From Leucoraja ocellata (taxonomy: Eukaryota): 64,000 bases of DNA. The notes beneath the pieces are model-generated. The model did not search any database, was not told the origin of the DNA, and saw nothing but the letters and a program-made list of their open reading frames with translations. The stretch is from the NCBI GenBank assembly GCA_036785375.1, contig JAWMAR010000026.1, positions 8,308,001-8,372,000 of the forward strand, given 5' to 3'. Position numbers and translations under genes: made by a program. Positions within the stretch are counted from its first letter, which is position 1; every line of letters begins with the position of its first letter. Shown here piece by piece: positions 39,123 to 49,968 of the stretch.

Positions 39123-39983
39123 CTCCCTGATTACAAGTCCTCTTTGCATTATCAGCATCTGACTTAGAACACCTCATTTCCTACAAACATTTGGGAGACC
39201 AGCGGGATGGATGAGAATAGAATTACCAGTTGCTGCAGGCACCTTCTGCCGGGTGGGAAATGGAGCATTTGTGTGTGTTCTCTCCACAGACCCATGCTTT
39301 CAACCTCAATTATCAGAGGTTGGGTCAAGCTGAATAGAGCTGAGAGAGTTGAGCAGACTCACTCGCTCACTCACTGAGTCAGGGAGGTTGGCTGGCGGCC
39401 ACTCTTACCATGCCTGCTAGCTCTCCATCACAGCTGTTTCTGTGATCCTTTCCCACATACCATTTTGTTGATTTCTGACTTACAAACAGTTCAGATTACA
39501 AACAGTTCTCAGAACATAACCGTGTTCCTGACTGCCTGAAACTATATTTAAAATATTGTAATTTACTCGTAATACGTTCAACAATGGCAGTGTCATTGGC
39601 GAATTTAAAAATGCAGTAGGAACTGTGTCCAGTTACACATTCATGAGTATAGAGCACGTAGAGCAGGGGACTGAACATACAACCTTGAGTTGGTAATGAT
39701 TATATTGGGGAGAATTGTTGCCCCCCAACCCTGACTGCATACCTGAAATGAGGCACTCAGCCACTGGCCAGGGAGCAATTTGCTCATGTATCCAATGAGA
39801 CTCAGGAAATGTGAATTTTATTGGAACTTTACTCCAACCATGGGCATCCACTGCACACACACTCTGACGAGTGTTAAAATGGGAGCTCGCTGGTGTGATT
39901 ATTATCTTTTTATTGGGATATTATTTAAAATTATTGAATAAAATTGCATCTCACTTGCTCAGTACTCTTCTCAATCCACATAC

Positions 39984-40181
39984 CTCAAGCCGAATGTACT
40001 TTCTCAGGTTGATTTGTCTTGTAGCTCTGAAGTGCACGTGCACACTAAATTCAGCTTTGGGTTCAATGATTCCCTGGTCCTGAGAGAGAGTGAAGTCCAT
40101 CACCAGATTCTCAGGCCAGTGATTCTCCACGCTACTGCCAGAAGACAAGTGTTCCGCATCACCAGGCTCTTGGTGTCCTTC
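39984..40181 (-). CDS. HYDIN: HYDIN coding exon (contains an apparent 1-bp deletion)
   Basis: ttccctcag|G AAG...GAG|gtatgt, 198 nt where 199 is needed. KDTKSLVMRNTCLLAVAWRITGL, then shifted frame ENLVMDFTLSQDQGIIEPKAEFSVHVHFRATRQINLRKYIRLE. Confidence 0.9.
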
Positions 40182-41349
40182 CTGAGGGAAATCAATCAAA
40201 ACTTGGTCTACCAACACACCAAGGTGATCATACACACACACATATAGTCAATATGGTACATGTAAAAGTATCATCATTGTATTAACAAGTCAACAAGGCA
40301 ACAGATTTTACACATACTATGAGTTAACAACCAAGTAACCGGGTTTAGTTTTTAGTTGAGAAATAAACATTGGCTCGGTATTAGGATAATGTCTTCAATG
40401 ATTCAAAATAGTGTCTGGGTGTTTACAGGTTCAAGGACAGTTTCTTCCCAGCTGCTATCAGGCAACTGATCCATCCTATCAACAATTAGAGAGCAGTCCT
40501 GAACAACTTTCTATCTCATTGGAGACCCCCCAGACTCTCTTTAATCAGGCTTTACTGGCTTTACCTTGCACTAACATCATTCACATTATTCCCTTTATCA
40601 TGTATCTGTACACTGTGGATGGCTCGATGCCTGCTTGTTGGTGCTTTGATTTTCAACAATGAGTTATTGAGAACTGTGCCCTGCCACATTTTCTCATTAA
40701 GGCCAGAATAAAATGTAAGATAGTTGGAACAAATTCCAAGGACATGGTCTGCAGAATTTTTACAGATGCACTGTAGAAACTATTCTCGTTGGTTGCATCA
40801 TGCACTGGAATGCAAGAGGCTGCAGAGAGTGTGGACTCAGCCCAGACCAACATGGGCACAGCCCTCCCCACCATTAAACATACCTACATGAGGTGCTGCC
40901 TCAAGGAGGCATCCATCATCAAGAATCCCCAACATCAGAGCCATACTCTCTTCAACTGTTACCATTGAGTAGGAGATACAGAAGGCCATGGTCCCAATCC
41001 AGCAAGGACAGGAGCTACATTCCTATAAATGTCAGGTTCGTAAAACAACCTGCATAGCTCTAATCCTAGCTCAGCAACGGACATTATGGAGCACTTCTTA
41101 AATTACCATAGACTTGTTTGCTAATTACGGTTTGCACTGGTGACTTGCATTTTTCTTTTAATTGTCACGTGGAATTCATGTGTAATTGATGTATAATTTA
41201 TGTTTTCGCGTGTTTTCTGAATCTATGTGCGGGTGATGCCACTGTGAGTAAGATTTAATTGTACCTTTACCTCACTATAGTAATACACGTAATAAACCTG
41301 ACTGGACTTGACATTTGCCTGAGATAATATTTTCCAGAATGTCAAAACA

Positions 41350-41546
41350 AGGAACAGGATGATGCTGGTTTACCAAGGAAAGACAGAAATTGCTGGAGTG
41401 ACTTAGTGGGTCAGGTGGCATTTCTGGAAAACATGGATAGGTGTTATATTGGGCTGGGACACTTCTTCAGATGGACCTAACCCGAAACATCCATGTTCTC
41501 CAGGGATGCTGCCTGACCCGCCGGGTTACTCCAGCAATATGTGTCT
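41350..41546. mobile_element. Degenerate fold-back Penelope-terminus element
   Basis: ttgctggagtgacttagtgggtcagg ... cctgacccgccgggttactccagcaa arms. Confidence 0.7.
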
Positions 41547-41740
41547 TTCTATAATATTGTCCACTTTTTAACCCTCCAGAAATCTATCCTAAACACCTCA
41601 GCCACTCGTACGATCTGCTCATCTAACATTGTGAGATGGTAACTTTATTTACAGAACTGTTGGGCTTTTCTTCATTGGGTTTCAAAGAGCCAAGGGGGGC
41701 TGCACCATGGATAGCACTTGAGGCATCGTACTTTTTTAAC

Positions 41741-41871
41741 TGTGGGAAGGAACTGCAGATGTGGTTTACACGGAATATAGACACAAAATACTGGAGTAAC
41801 TCTGAGGGGACAGGCAGCATGTCTGGTGAAAAGGAATGGGTGACATTTCGGATCAAGACCCATCTTCAGAC
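41741..41871 (-). mobile_element. Short Penelope-terminus unit
   Basis: Same unit as 31901-32037, with a degenerate core. Confidence 0.75.
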
Positions 41872-42506
41872 CTTTTATCTAATCACATGCTGTCTCCTGT
41901 GCGAACAAAATAAATCAGAGACATAACAAGAGGTTAGTGTTCATCTGTGTATTTGCACCACGGGATGTGCAAGTTGTAGTTGTTGCTGCTGACTATATTA
42001 TGGTTTAGGTATGGGTTTTGATGCAATTGTTTTTTATCATTTTCACTATATATTTAAATATGTTATTTTAGTTCAATTATTATTACTTGATCGCAATAAA
42101 ACAGACACATTTCAATTAACTGGAAGCATTAAGGAAGGAAAATAACAAGAAGCATTAAAATTAGCACACGTCAAAAGAACGTGGCCACAAAATATTAAAC
42201 ATAAATTCTTAGAGGCAGTAAAGAAACTGGTGAGCTAATAATTGGGCCTGAGGTTTGACGGAGTAAGGATCAGAATGTACAACAGAACAAGATGCTACAG
42301 GAAGCTTTGTGTGCCATTTGTTCATTGCATCCTCATACACAAACTCCCGTTTTGGAATTTGACCATGCAGCAATTAATGTTGAGGGTTTGAATAGGGTTG
42401 GCTTCTGGGCCACTTTGATGTCTGTCATTATGAACAAAATGCTTTTATACATCTATTTGTAACATGCTGTGACTATATGCATAGCGTGACTTTGATAAAC
42501 ACTGAC

Positions 42507-42679
42507 CTGTGAAGAATCATTTTGTCAAAGTGTAGCTGTTTGCGGTCAAGCTCCAAGTCCGCACGTACTCCATAACAGGATACCTTAAAGAGTACTGGTT
42601 CAGGATTTTCGCGTATGCAACAGACAAGGTGGTCATCAAATTTCCCAGAGCTGGTTGGATAGGCCCAGATCGTGACCTC
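42507..42679 (-). CDS. HYDIN: HYDIN coding exon
   Basis: cttgcag|GAG...CAC AG|gtcagt, 173 nt. EVTIWAYPTSSGKFDDHLVCCIRENPEPVLF...QLHFDKMILH. Confidence 0.95.
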
Positions 42680-44084
42680 CTGCAAGATAAATTTGTGACC
42701 TCAAGTGTTCTTGTAACTGAACTCAGAGATCAAATCATTGGATCCATCTATCATTGGACACATTATATTGTTCATTTCAATATACTCATTCATTCTATGC
42801 TTCAATTATACCTTCAGTGAAAATTAGTAAACGTATTTTCATCTGACATTTCATCAAATTTCCTATGTCTTCATCCCAACCACAGTCTATTCTTCACAAT
42901 TCTAAGTATTCTCTCATAATAAATGTGTTTAAAAACATATCCATGAAATAGGGCTTATCATTTAAATCACGGAAATAAGAAAGCCATAACAGAAAACCAG
43001 CAGGAAACTAACCATAACGGCTTCAACACATGAGGACCCTGGCTAATTTAATACTGAATTACAACATCTAAGAATGGCATGGAGATCTGCCAGCAATTAA
43101 ACTAGAAAATGTACTGATCAGAATTATTAGCCAGATCTAATCTCTTCACCACAACATTGTCGGCATTCTCCCTTCATTGATGCCACGCAGAAAAACCTCT
43201 AGAAGCTGTTCTTGAAACTGGAGGTAACAGCTCTTAGGCTATATCTTCTACCCAATGGTAGTAGCCAGAGGAGAGCATGGCCAGGGGGGTAAGTCTTTGA
43301 AGTTAGCTGTCTATTTGAAACAACGCCTGCTATAGATCCTTTTCATCGGGGGTAGATCAATGCCCATGCCCAGTCATGGCAATGTCTACCACTTCCGCAG
43401 CCTCCTTCGTTCCTGGCCAATTGATTTATTGAACCAGGCCATGATGCAACCAATCGGTATGCTTTCTACCATAAGCCTGGGATGGGGGTTGATGGAATAT
43501 TCATTGACAATTCAAATCTGCTCAATCTACTAGAAATGTTAGAGTTTCTATTACAAGAGCTTTCTTTGTGATTGCATCAATGTGTTGGACTTAAAGCTGT
43601 TGACTCCCTCCACAAGTTTCCCATTGATGGAGATTGCTAGAGTTGCAGACTGTGTGGAAGGCGGTTAAAGTGTACAGGGGGGTGTAGATCAGCCACAGAA
43701 ATGGGTGGAGAAATGGGCAGGTTACTGGCAGATGGAGTTTAATCCATGCAAGTATGAGGTGTTGAAATTTGGGAGGTCAAAAGTAAGGGGAAATATATAT
43801 AATTAATGGCAAAACCCTTAACAACATTGATGTGCAGAGGGAATTTGGGGTGGGGTGAGTTTTTTTACTGGAATGCCTGGAATGTTCTGCCAGGGGTGTT
43901 GGTCGAGGTAGACACGATAATGGCATTTGAGACTTTTGGATAGGCATATGGATATGCAGAGAATGGAGAGATATAGATTATGTGCAGGCAGCCAAGAGAT
44001 GGTTTGGCACAGTCATGGCTGGCTGCAGGGCCTGTTCTTATGCTGTACTGTTCTATGCTCTATATATACCAAAAAGGAACATAC

Positions 44085-44244
44085 CTTTGCTTCATAAGCT
44101 GCAAGCGTCACACATGGTGGATCCACAAGATAGGTGGCAGCTTTCACATCATGCTGATAACAGAAGGAAACCTCAGCTTCCATTGATGAGGTATTCATTA
44201 TTTTGATAATCTCCTTGTTTTCCGCATATTTGCCCTCCTTGTAC
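44085..44244 (-). CDS. HYDIN: HYDIN coding exon
   Basis: tttatag|G TAC...AAG|gtatgt, 160 nt. YKEGKYAENKEIIKIMNTSSMEAEVSFCYQHDVKAATYLVDPP. Confidence 0.93.
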
Positions 44245-45185
44245 CTATAAATAAAATAATCTTACCACAATCCTGCACAATCAATTGAGACAGATATTCC
44301 TCATTTTGTGTTACTTCTCCCAATGTTTCCAGGATGTTAGTTCAACATGTGCACTTACCTCCAGTGTCATTTGTTACATGTGAAGTTAGACTGCACAACC
44401 AACAGCAACCAATTATACCCTTACGTAACAAAATATCTCAACTTGCACAGAGATGTCAGAGAGATGTCAAACAAAATTTAATACCAGACTGCAGAGACAA
44501 ATATTAGGATAGGTGACCAAAGGCCTGGACATAGAAGTCAGTTTGAAAAAGATTTTTAATGGGCAAGATGAAGAGGAATTAAATATTTAAAGAGGGTATT
44601 CCAGAGTTTCGGACCAAGCCAGCTGAAAGTACAGCCTCCAGTGGTGGAATAATTAAGTTTGGAAATGCACAAAAGACCAGCCTACCTCTGGAGGACATGG
44701 ATGCAGATGGTTTGAGTGGGGATCCTTGCTCAGATTGATTGTAGTAGGGTGGAGAAATATGGAAAAGAGATGGCGTGGGACTAAGCCTGACAAGTGATAG
44801 GGAGACAGTTAGAGGGATTTTGGCAAAAAGATGGATAGCTAGAGATGAAAATAAGATACCTCATGGAGTGAGAAAGAAAAAATAAGTGTACAGAATATTG
44901 TGTTACAGTACAGAGAAAGTGCAAATAAAAAGGTATGAAATGAGGTACATTTGATCAGAAATATATCCTTAGCATATGAAAGGTCCATTCAGGAGGAGGT
45001 GTTGGAATCAGGTACAATTACTATGTTGAAGAAGCATTTAGCCTGATACTTAAGCAGACAAATCAAAGAAGGAAATGTAATCAGAGTAAATGGGCAAAAA
45101 GGTTGGTATGGACATGGAAGGCTGAAGGGCCTGTTTCGATTGTATGACTAAACTCTAGCAAGTACAGGCCCAGAGCCGTCAACCA

Positions 45186-45360
45186 TTCGCAATACGTTAA
45201 TGGGTGTCATGGTTCACCCATGGTTTCAGGTTCGGGAACGCTCGTATTGTCTTCTTTGGCATACATTCCTCCACATACTTATTAATAAAGTCTGCGATGG
45301 CAGTGGCATACTCATTTAGGTTACCCACAAAATCCTTGAATATAGACCAACACAATTCTG
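45186..45360 (-). mobile_element. Rex1/Babar ORF remnant
   Basis: Minus strand WSIFKD..LNEYATAIADFINKYVEECMPKKTIRAFPNLKPW resembles the N-terminus of the 50130 ORF (KNIRVFPNQKPW). Confidence 0.65.
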
Positions 45361-46715
45361 TTGCGCAAGTTGTCATCTTTTTTCACAGGCCAATAGTGTA
45401 TGACATTCTATGCATCCTCCCACTTCAGTTTCTGGTTGTAACTGGGAGTAGAAGCACAACCAGGAGATCCGATATTCCAAAATACAATTGGAGGGTGGAG
45501 TGGTAGGAATCTTTGATGGTTGTGTAGCATTGGTCGAGGGTTTCTAGGTCTCTGGTGGGATTGGAGATGTGTTGGTAGTCCCAGTAACTTTGCAATCATG
45601 GTAGCATGTAAGAGAAACACAGGTGGCAGAGGTCTCAGGTTTGGAAGAAATATGAAGGAAGATTTGAAAGTTATTGCAGTGCAGTTAGTAGATGGTATGC
45701 ATCACAGCTAGAATGTGTAAAGTCAGTTTAGCTTGGTGTCAACAAGATAGGATGCTCTGTTTTTGATGATGCCATGTTTCTTACATGTTATTGGTGGCAC
45801 CTGTACAGGAATGTAAAGAATATTCCATCCCTGTCCTGTGAATTGGTCTTCTTTATGAATTTTATCATATTTAAGATTATCTCTACCCAAAATGTGCTGT
45901 GCCTCTAACATGCCATATGTTGTTGGAAGATTCAGGCCATTCTCAGCATCGTGTCATATCATTCCAGGCAACTTCTCAAATGGAGTAAGAAGGAATTATA
46001 GCAGGGTTATCCCAGGACAACTGTACAGATGTGATATTTCCAGACAGCAAATCTCTCTCAGATTGCTTAGGCTACAATTAAAAGCTTCAGCCCTAATGCG
46101 CGCTAATTACACAAGTATAAAATCACAGAAATATCCACTTTACTTTGCACTATTGATAAATGTCAGCATGTGACATGTCTACTTTCAATGTGGCTAACTG
46201 TGGTTAGGCTGGTTTCTAAAGGTTTGATCGCCTAATTTCTTCGCAATTAAGTAAATTGTTATTTCTCCAATTCTCAATATTCTTCAGAATATATAAAAGT
46301 ATTAAAGAAAAAAATGTAAAAGAATCAATGTTTGATGTTCTGTGTATTTCTTTTCTCCATTTGCTTATAAAAATAATATGAAGATGGAGACTATCCTTTA
46401 ATTCATGGAGGCATTACGATAATACTGGAGGGCCTAAGTACATGCCAATCACCCACCATATTGTGTCACTGCATTACAGGTAACCCCCTTTGAAGTTCCA
46501 GAAAAATGGCCTTATTATAATTTTCTGTAACTCAAAGTCATGTCACCTGTAAATGTATCAAGAAACGCGAGTTGAAAAAAAATTAATTTGGGGTTGATTT
46601 TGTTCTTCACACAAATTTTGTGAGACTGAATTTTATTGTGTAATGATTTGTGAATTCTGTAAGGGCTAATTTCCATAACCTGAGCAACCATAATGCAGAC
46701 GTTGCCTATACGTGC

Positions 46716-46835
46716 CTTTCCCTAGTGATGCCACAGAGCAATGGTCCAAACTGAAACATTTCTTTGCTCATAATGTACTTCTTCCGAGGGATTTCTTCAA
46801 GCTTATGATTCTTTATCCGATGTCGGAAGACAACT
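46716..46835 (-). CDS. HYDIN: HYDIN coding exon (GC donor)
   Basis: ttttgcag|A GTT, 120 nt. VVFRHRIKNHKLEEIPRKKYIMSKEMFQFGPLLCGITRE, ending AG|gcacgt; phase 2 fits the next exon. Confidence 0.9.
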
Positions 46836-47302
46836 CTGCAAAATAAATTAAATGAAAAGTCAGGTATGGACGTTTAGTCAGAAACTATAAGGTTCCCAGT
46901 AAACAAAAATTTATATATGCTGTCCAAAGATAATGACACAGCCTGAAGGCAATACTGCAAAATGACAAAAACTTATTTAAATTTAAAAAAAGCTGCAGAT
47001 GCTGGAAATCTAAAATAATAACCTTTAATAATGTATAACCTTCAAATAAATTAAAATAATCAAACAATTTCAAAATATTAGCACTTTAATACCTCACAGG
47101 GGAACATTTTGTCAGTTGTTCAAGCAGGAAGTTGTTGCAGCAAGTCAGTTGTTAGCACACAATTGACAAAACATGAACAAGGTGTTAGCCATCTGTGACA
47201 TGTTTCCCATGAGATGGAAAATCGCAGCCCACACTGTTTTGAACAGCATGGAGGAGAATACTGGATAACTCAATGTTATATCTTTGCACTAAATGTTGTA
47301 TC

Positions 47303-47612
47303 TTTAAACTTTTAGACTTTAGAGATACAGCATGGAAAGAGGCCCTTCGGCCCACCAAGTCTGCACTAACCAGCCTCATCCGCAACCATACACTAACACT
47401 ATTCTGTACACTGGGGACAATTTGCAGAAGCCAGTTAACGTACAAACCTGCATGTCTTTGGAATGTGGGAGGAAATCTGAGCACCCGAAGAAAACCCACG
47501 CAGTAACATGGAGAATGTACAAACTCTCTAAAGACAGCCACCGAGGACAAGGTCGAACCCAGGTTTCTGGCACTGTAAGGCAACAACTCTATCGCTGCAC
47601 CACTGTGCGGCC
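47303..47612 (-). mobile_element. tRNA-derived V-SINE (HE1-like), full length
   Basis: Reverse complement of the 30924-31260 element, including head gggccgcacagtggtgcagcgatagagttg. Confidence 0.85.
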
Positions 47613-47746
47613 CCTTTATCTTTTATTTGTACACTTTGGATGGATTGGTTGTATTCGTGTAGAGACTTTTCTTTGACTTAAGAGCATGCAAACAAAGGTT
47701 TTTCACTGTACCTTGGTACACGTGACAATAATAAACTAAACTAATG

Positions 47747-48446
47747 TTACCGCTGGGTTGTAAGCCGCCCAAATGACTGAATACCAGTCCGGAGCCGTGG
47801 AGCTAGCGCTGCTTCTCCGCGCTGGCTGTAAGCCTGGGCCATATTTCCCTTAATTCCAGGCAGGGCTGGAGGATAACCCGGCGGGAGAGGCATAGTTGAG
47901 CTGGGTTTAGCGCTGCTTCTCTGCACTGGCTGTGGGCCTGGGAGCACCGCGCCGGTCTGACTCCCGACGTCTCTGGCCACCCCCGGGCATGGGGAGCACT
48001 CCGGTGGGGACGGGGATGATCCGGTTCGGCAGCGATTGCAGCGCCAGAGAACCGGCCGCGATCGATTCTGGCTGCGGATGAGGCACAGGTCTGTGTCTAG
48101 GGCTGCCGTTGTGACCCTGTGACCTGGGCATGTCTCCCTCCTCCAATCTCCACACTCTATCCTCAGTCCCACCCCCCTTCATCCGCATCTGACCGACACC
48201 TCCCTCCTCCAATCATCACGCTGAATCATCATGTCCCATCCCCATTGCCTGCTGACCGACGTCTCTCTCGTCCAATCGGCGCCCTCGATCAGCAGTCCCA
48301 CCCCCACTGTCTCGCGGAAAGCTGAGATTTCACCGGGTTTTAAAATCCGGATTACAAAAATGGGGGAGGATCGTTCCCCACCTCTCAAAACAGAGGGAGG
48401 ACACGTGTCCCCTGGTCCCCTGGTCCCCCTGGGATTTCCGCCACTG
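47747..48446. mobile_element. GC-rich putative non-autonomous DNA transposon (hAT-like end)
   Basis: CpG-rich block whose right end reads CAGTGGCGGAAATCCC on the minus strand and truncates the Tc1 ORF. No matching left TIR seen. Confidence 0.4.
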
Positions 48447-48903
48447 CTCGACACAATCCTGTCTCGGAGGTCTACGGACAATTCCTTCGTCTTCATGGCT
48501 TGGTTTTTACTCTGACATGCACTGTCAATCGTGGGATCTTGTATTGACAGGTGTGTACCTTTCCAAATCATGTTCCATCAGTTTAATTTATCACTGGTGG
48601 ACTCCAATCAAGTTGTAGGAAACATCTCAAGGATAATCAATGGAAACAGGATAAACCTAAGCTCAATTTTGAGTGTCAAAGCAAAGGGTCTGAATCCTTT
48701 TGTAAATGTGATATTTCAGTTATTTCTTTTTAATTACCTGTACTGTGCAAAAATTTTTAAACACCTGCTTTAGCTTCTTCATTCTGGGGTATTGTGTGTA
48801 GATTGAGGATAAAAAAATAAATTAATCAATTTTAAAGTAAGGGTGTAATGTAACAAAATGTGGAAAAAGTGAAGGGGTCCGAATACTTTGTGAATGCACT
48901 GTA
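48447..48903 (-). mobile_element. Tc1-like transposon left end (TIR, 5'UTR, transposase start)
   Basis: Minus strand TA|CAGTGCATTCACAAAGTATTCGGACCCCTTCACTTTTTCCACATTTTG; ORF start MKTKELSVDLRDRIVS. Confidence 0.85.
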
Positions 48904-49968
48904 TTTCGTTGTGGCCCCTACAATTTTCCTTTTAGCTGCACGTTCTCTGTGCTGTATTGTATTGTGCACTCTTTTGCACTACCTGTGATTTACCTTGATA
49001 GTAAACAAAACATTTTTTGTTGGCCGGATATGATGCACAACAAATGTTTTCCCTGTTTCTCGGTTCACGTGACAATGATAAACCAATATCAAGGGTTTTT
49101 AAGGGTTGAGGAAAGATGTTTCCCCTGGCTGATGTGTTAATGACTAGGAGTGCCATCTAAGAATATGGGATAAGCAATTCGGGACGGAGGTGGGGCGTAG
49201 TGTCTTCTCTACTTTGTAATTTTGTTTTAAATCAAGGAATTTCTGGGCATTAAGAAAATCTAGGGATATGAGGATTGTGCTGGAAAATGACACTGATATA
49301 GAAGATCTGTTGGGCATGTTGTAGGAAAGATTTGAATAATCTCTTTCTATGGTGTTCTACAATGACGAAGTATAAGGACTTGCTATTCACACTCCTCGCT
49401 ATTGAGGGGGATTTCTCCTGGTGATGCCACTACGGACCTGTCCCTTGGACCTCATCCTGCAGTCATTGCCCCCGCCCTGCCCTTCAACTGCGAGGCCAAG
49501 TTCGTGAACCCCAACCATGACAGGCTCTGAGAACAAAAATATTGGCACGGAACTGGGCCATTCAGCCCATCAAATCCACTCATTCTGTCTGGTATATTCT
49601 GCAAAGTCCTGTCATGAATATTTCAGCCCGACGAAAACAAGGGCGGACCTTCTAGTGAACGAGAACAAAGACTCAGCAGCCATCCAGCACGAAGACTAGG
49701 CAGGCCAGCCATGGCCACGTGCGGCGGCAGGCCTGGTCACTTCTGTGAAGAGTGCCCGGCAAGCCCCTGCCTACAGGAGGAAGCTCGGAAATCTGAAGAC
49801 AGGAGAGTCAAGGAGGGTCAAGGAGGGAGCCGTTGCTGACCACGGACATGTGAAGTGGGGCAGCAGAAGGGGGACCGGGGTAATGCCTTCAGTGCCTTCA
49901 AGGATTGCTGCAGGAGGTGCCCTCAGGACACAAAGGCAGTTAGGTAAGGAGTGGAACTTCGATTAGCA

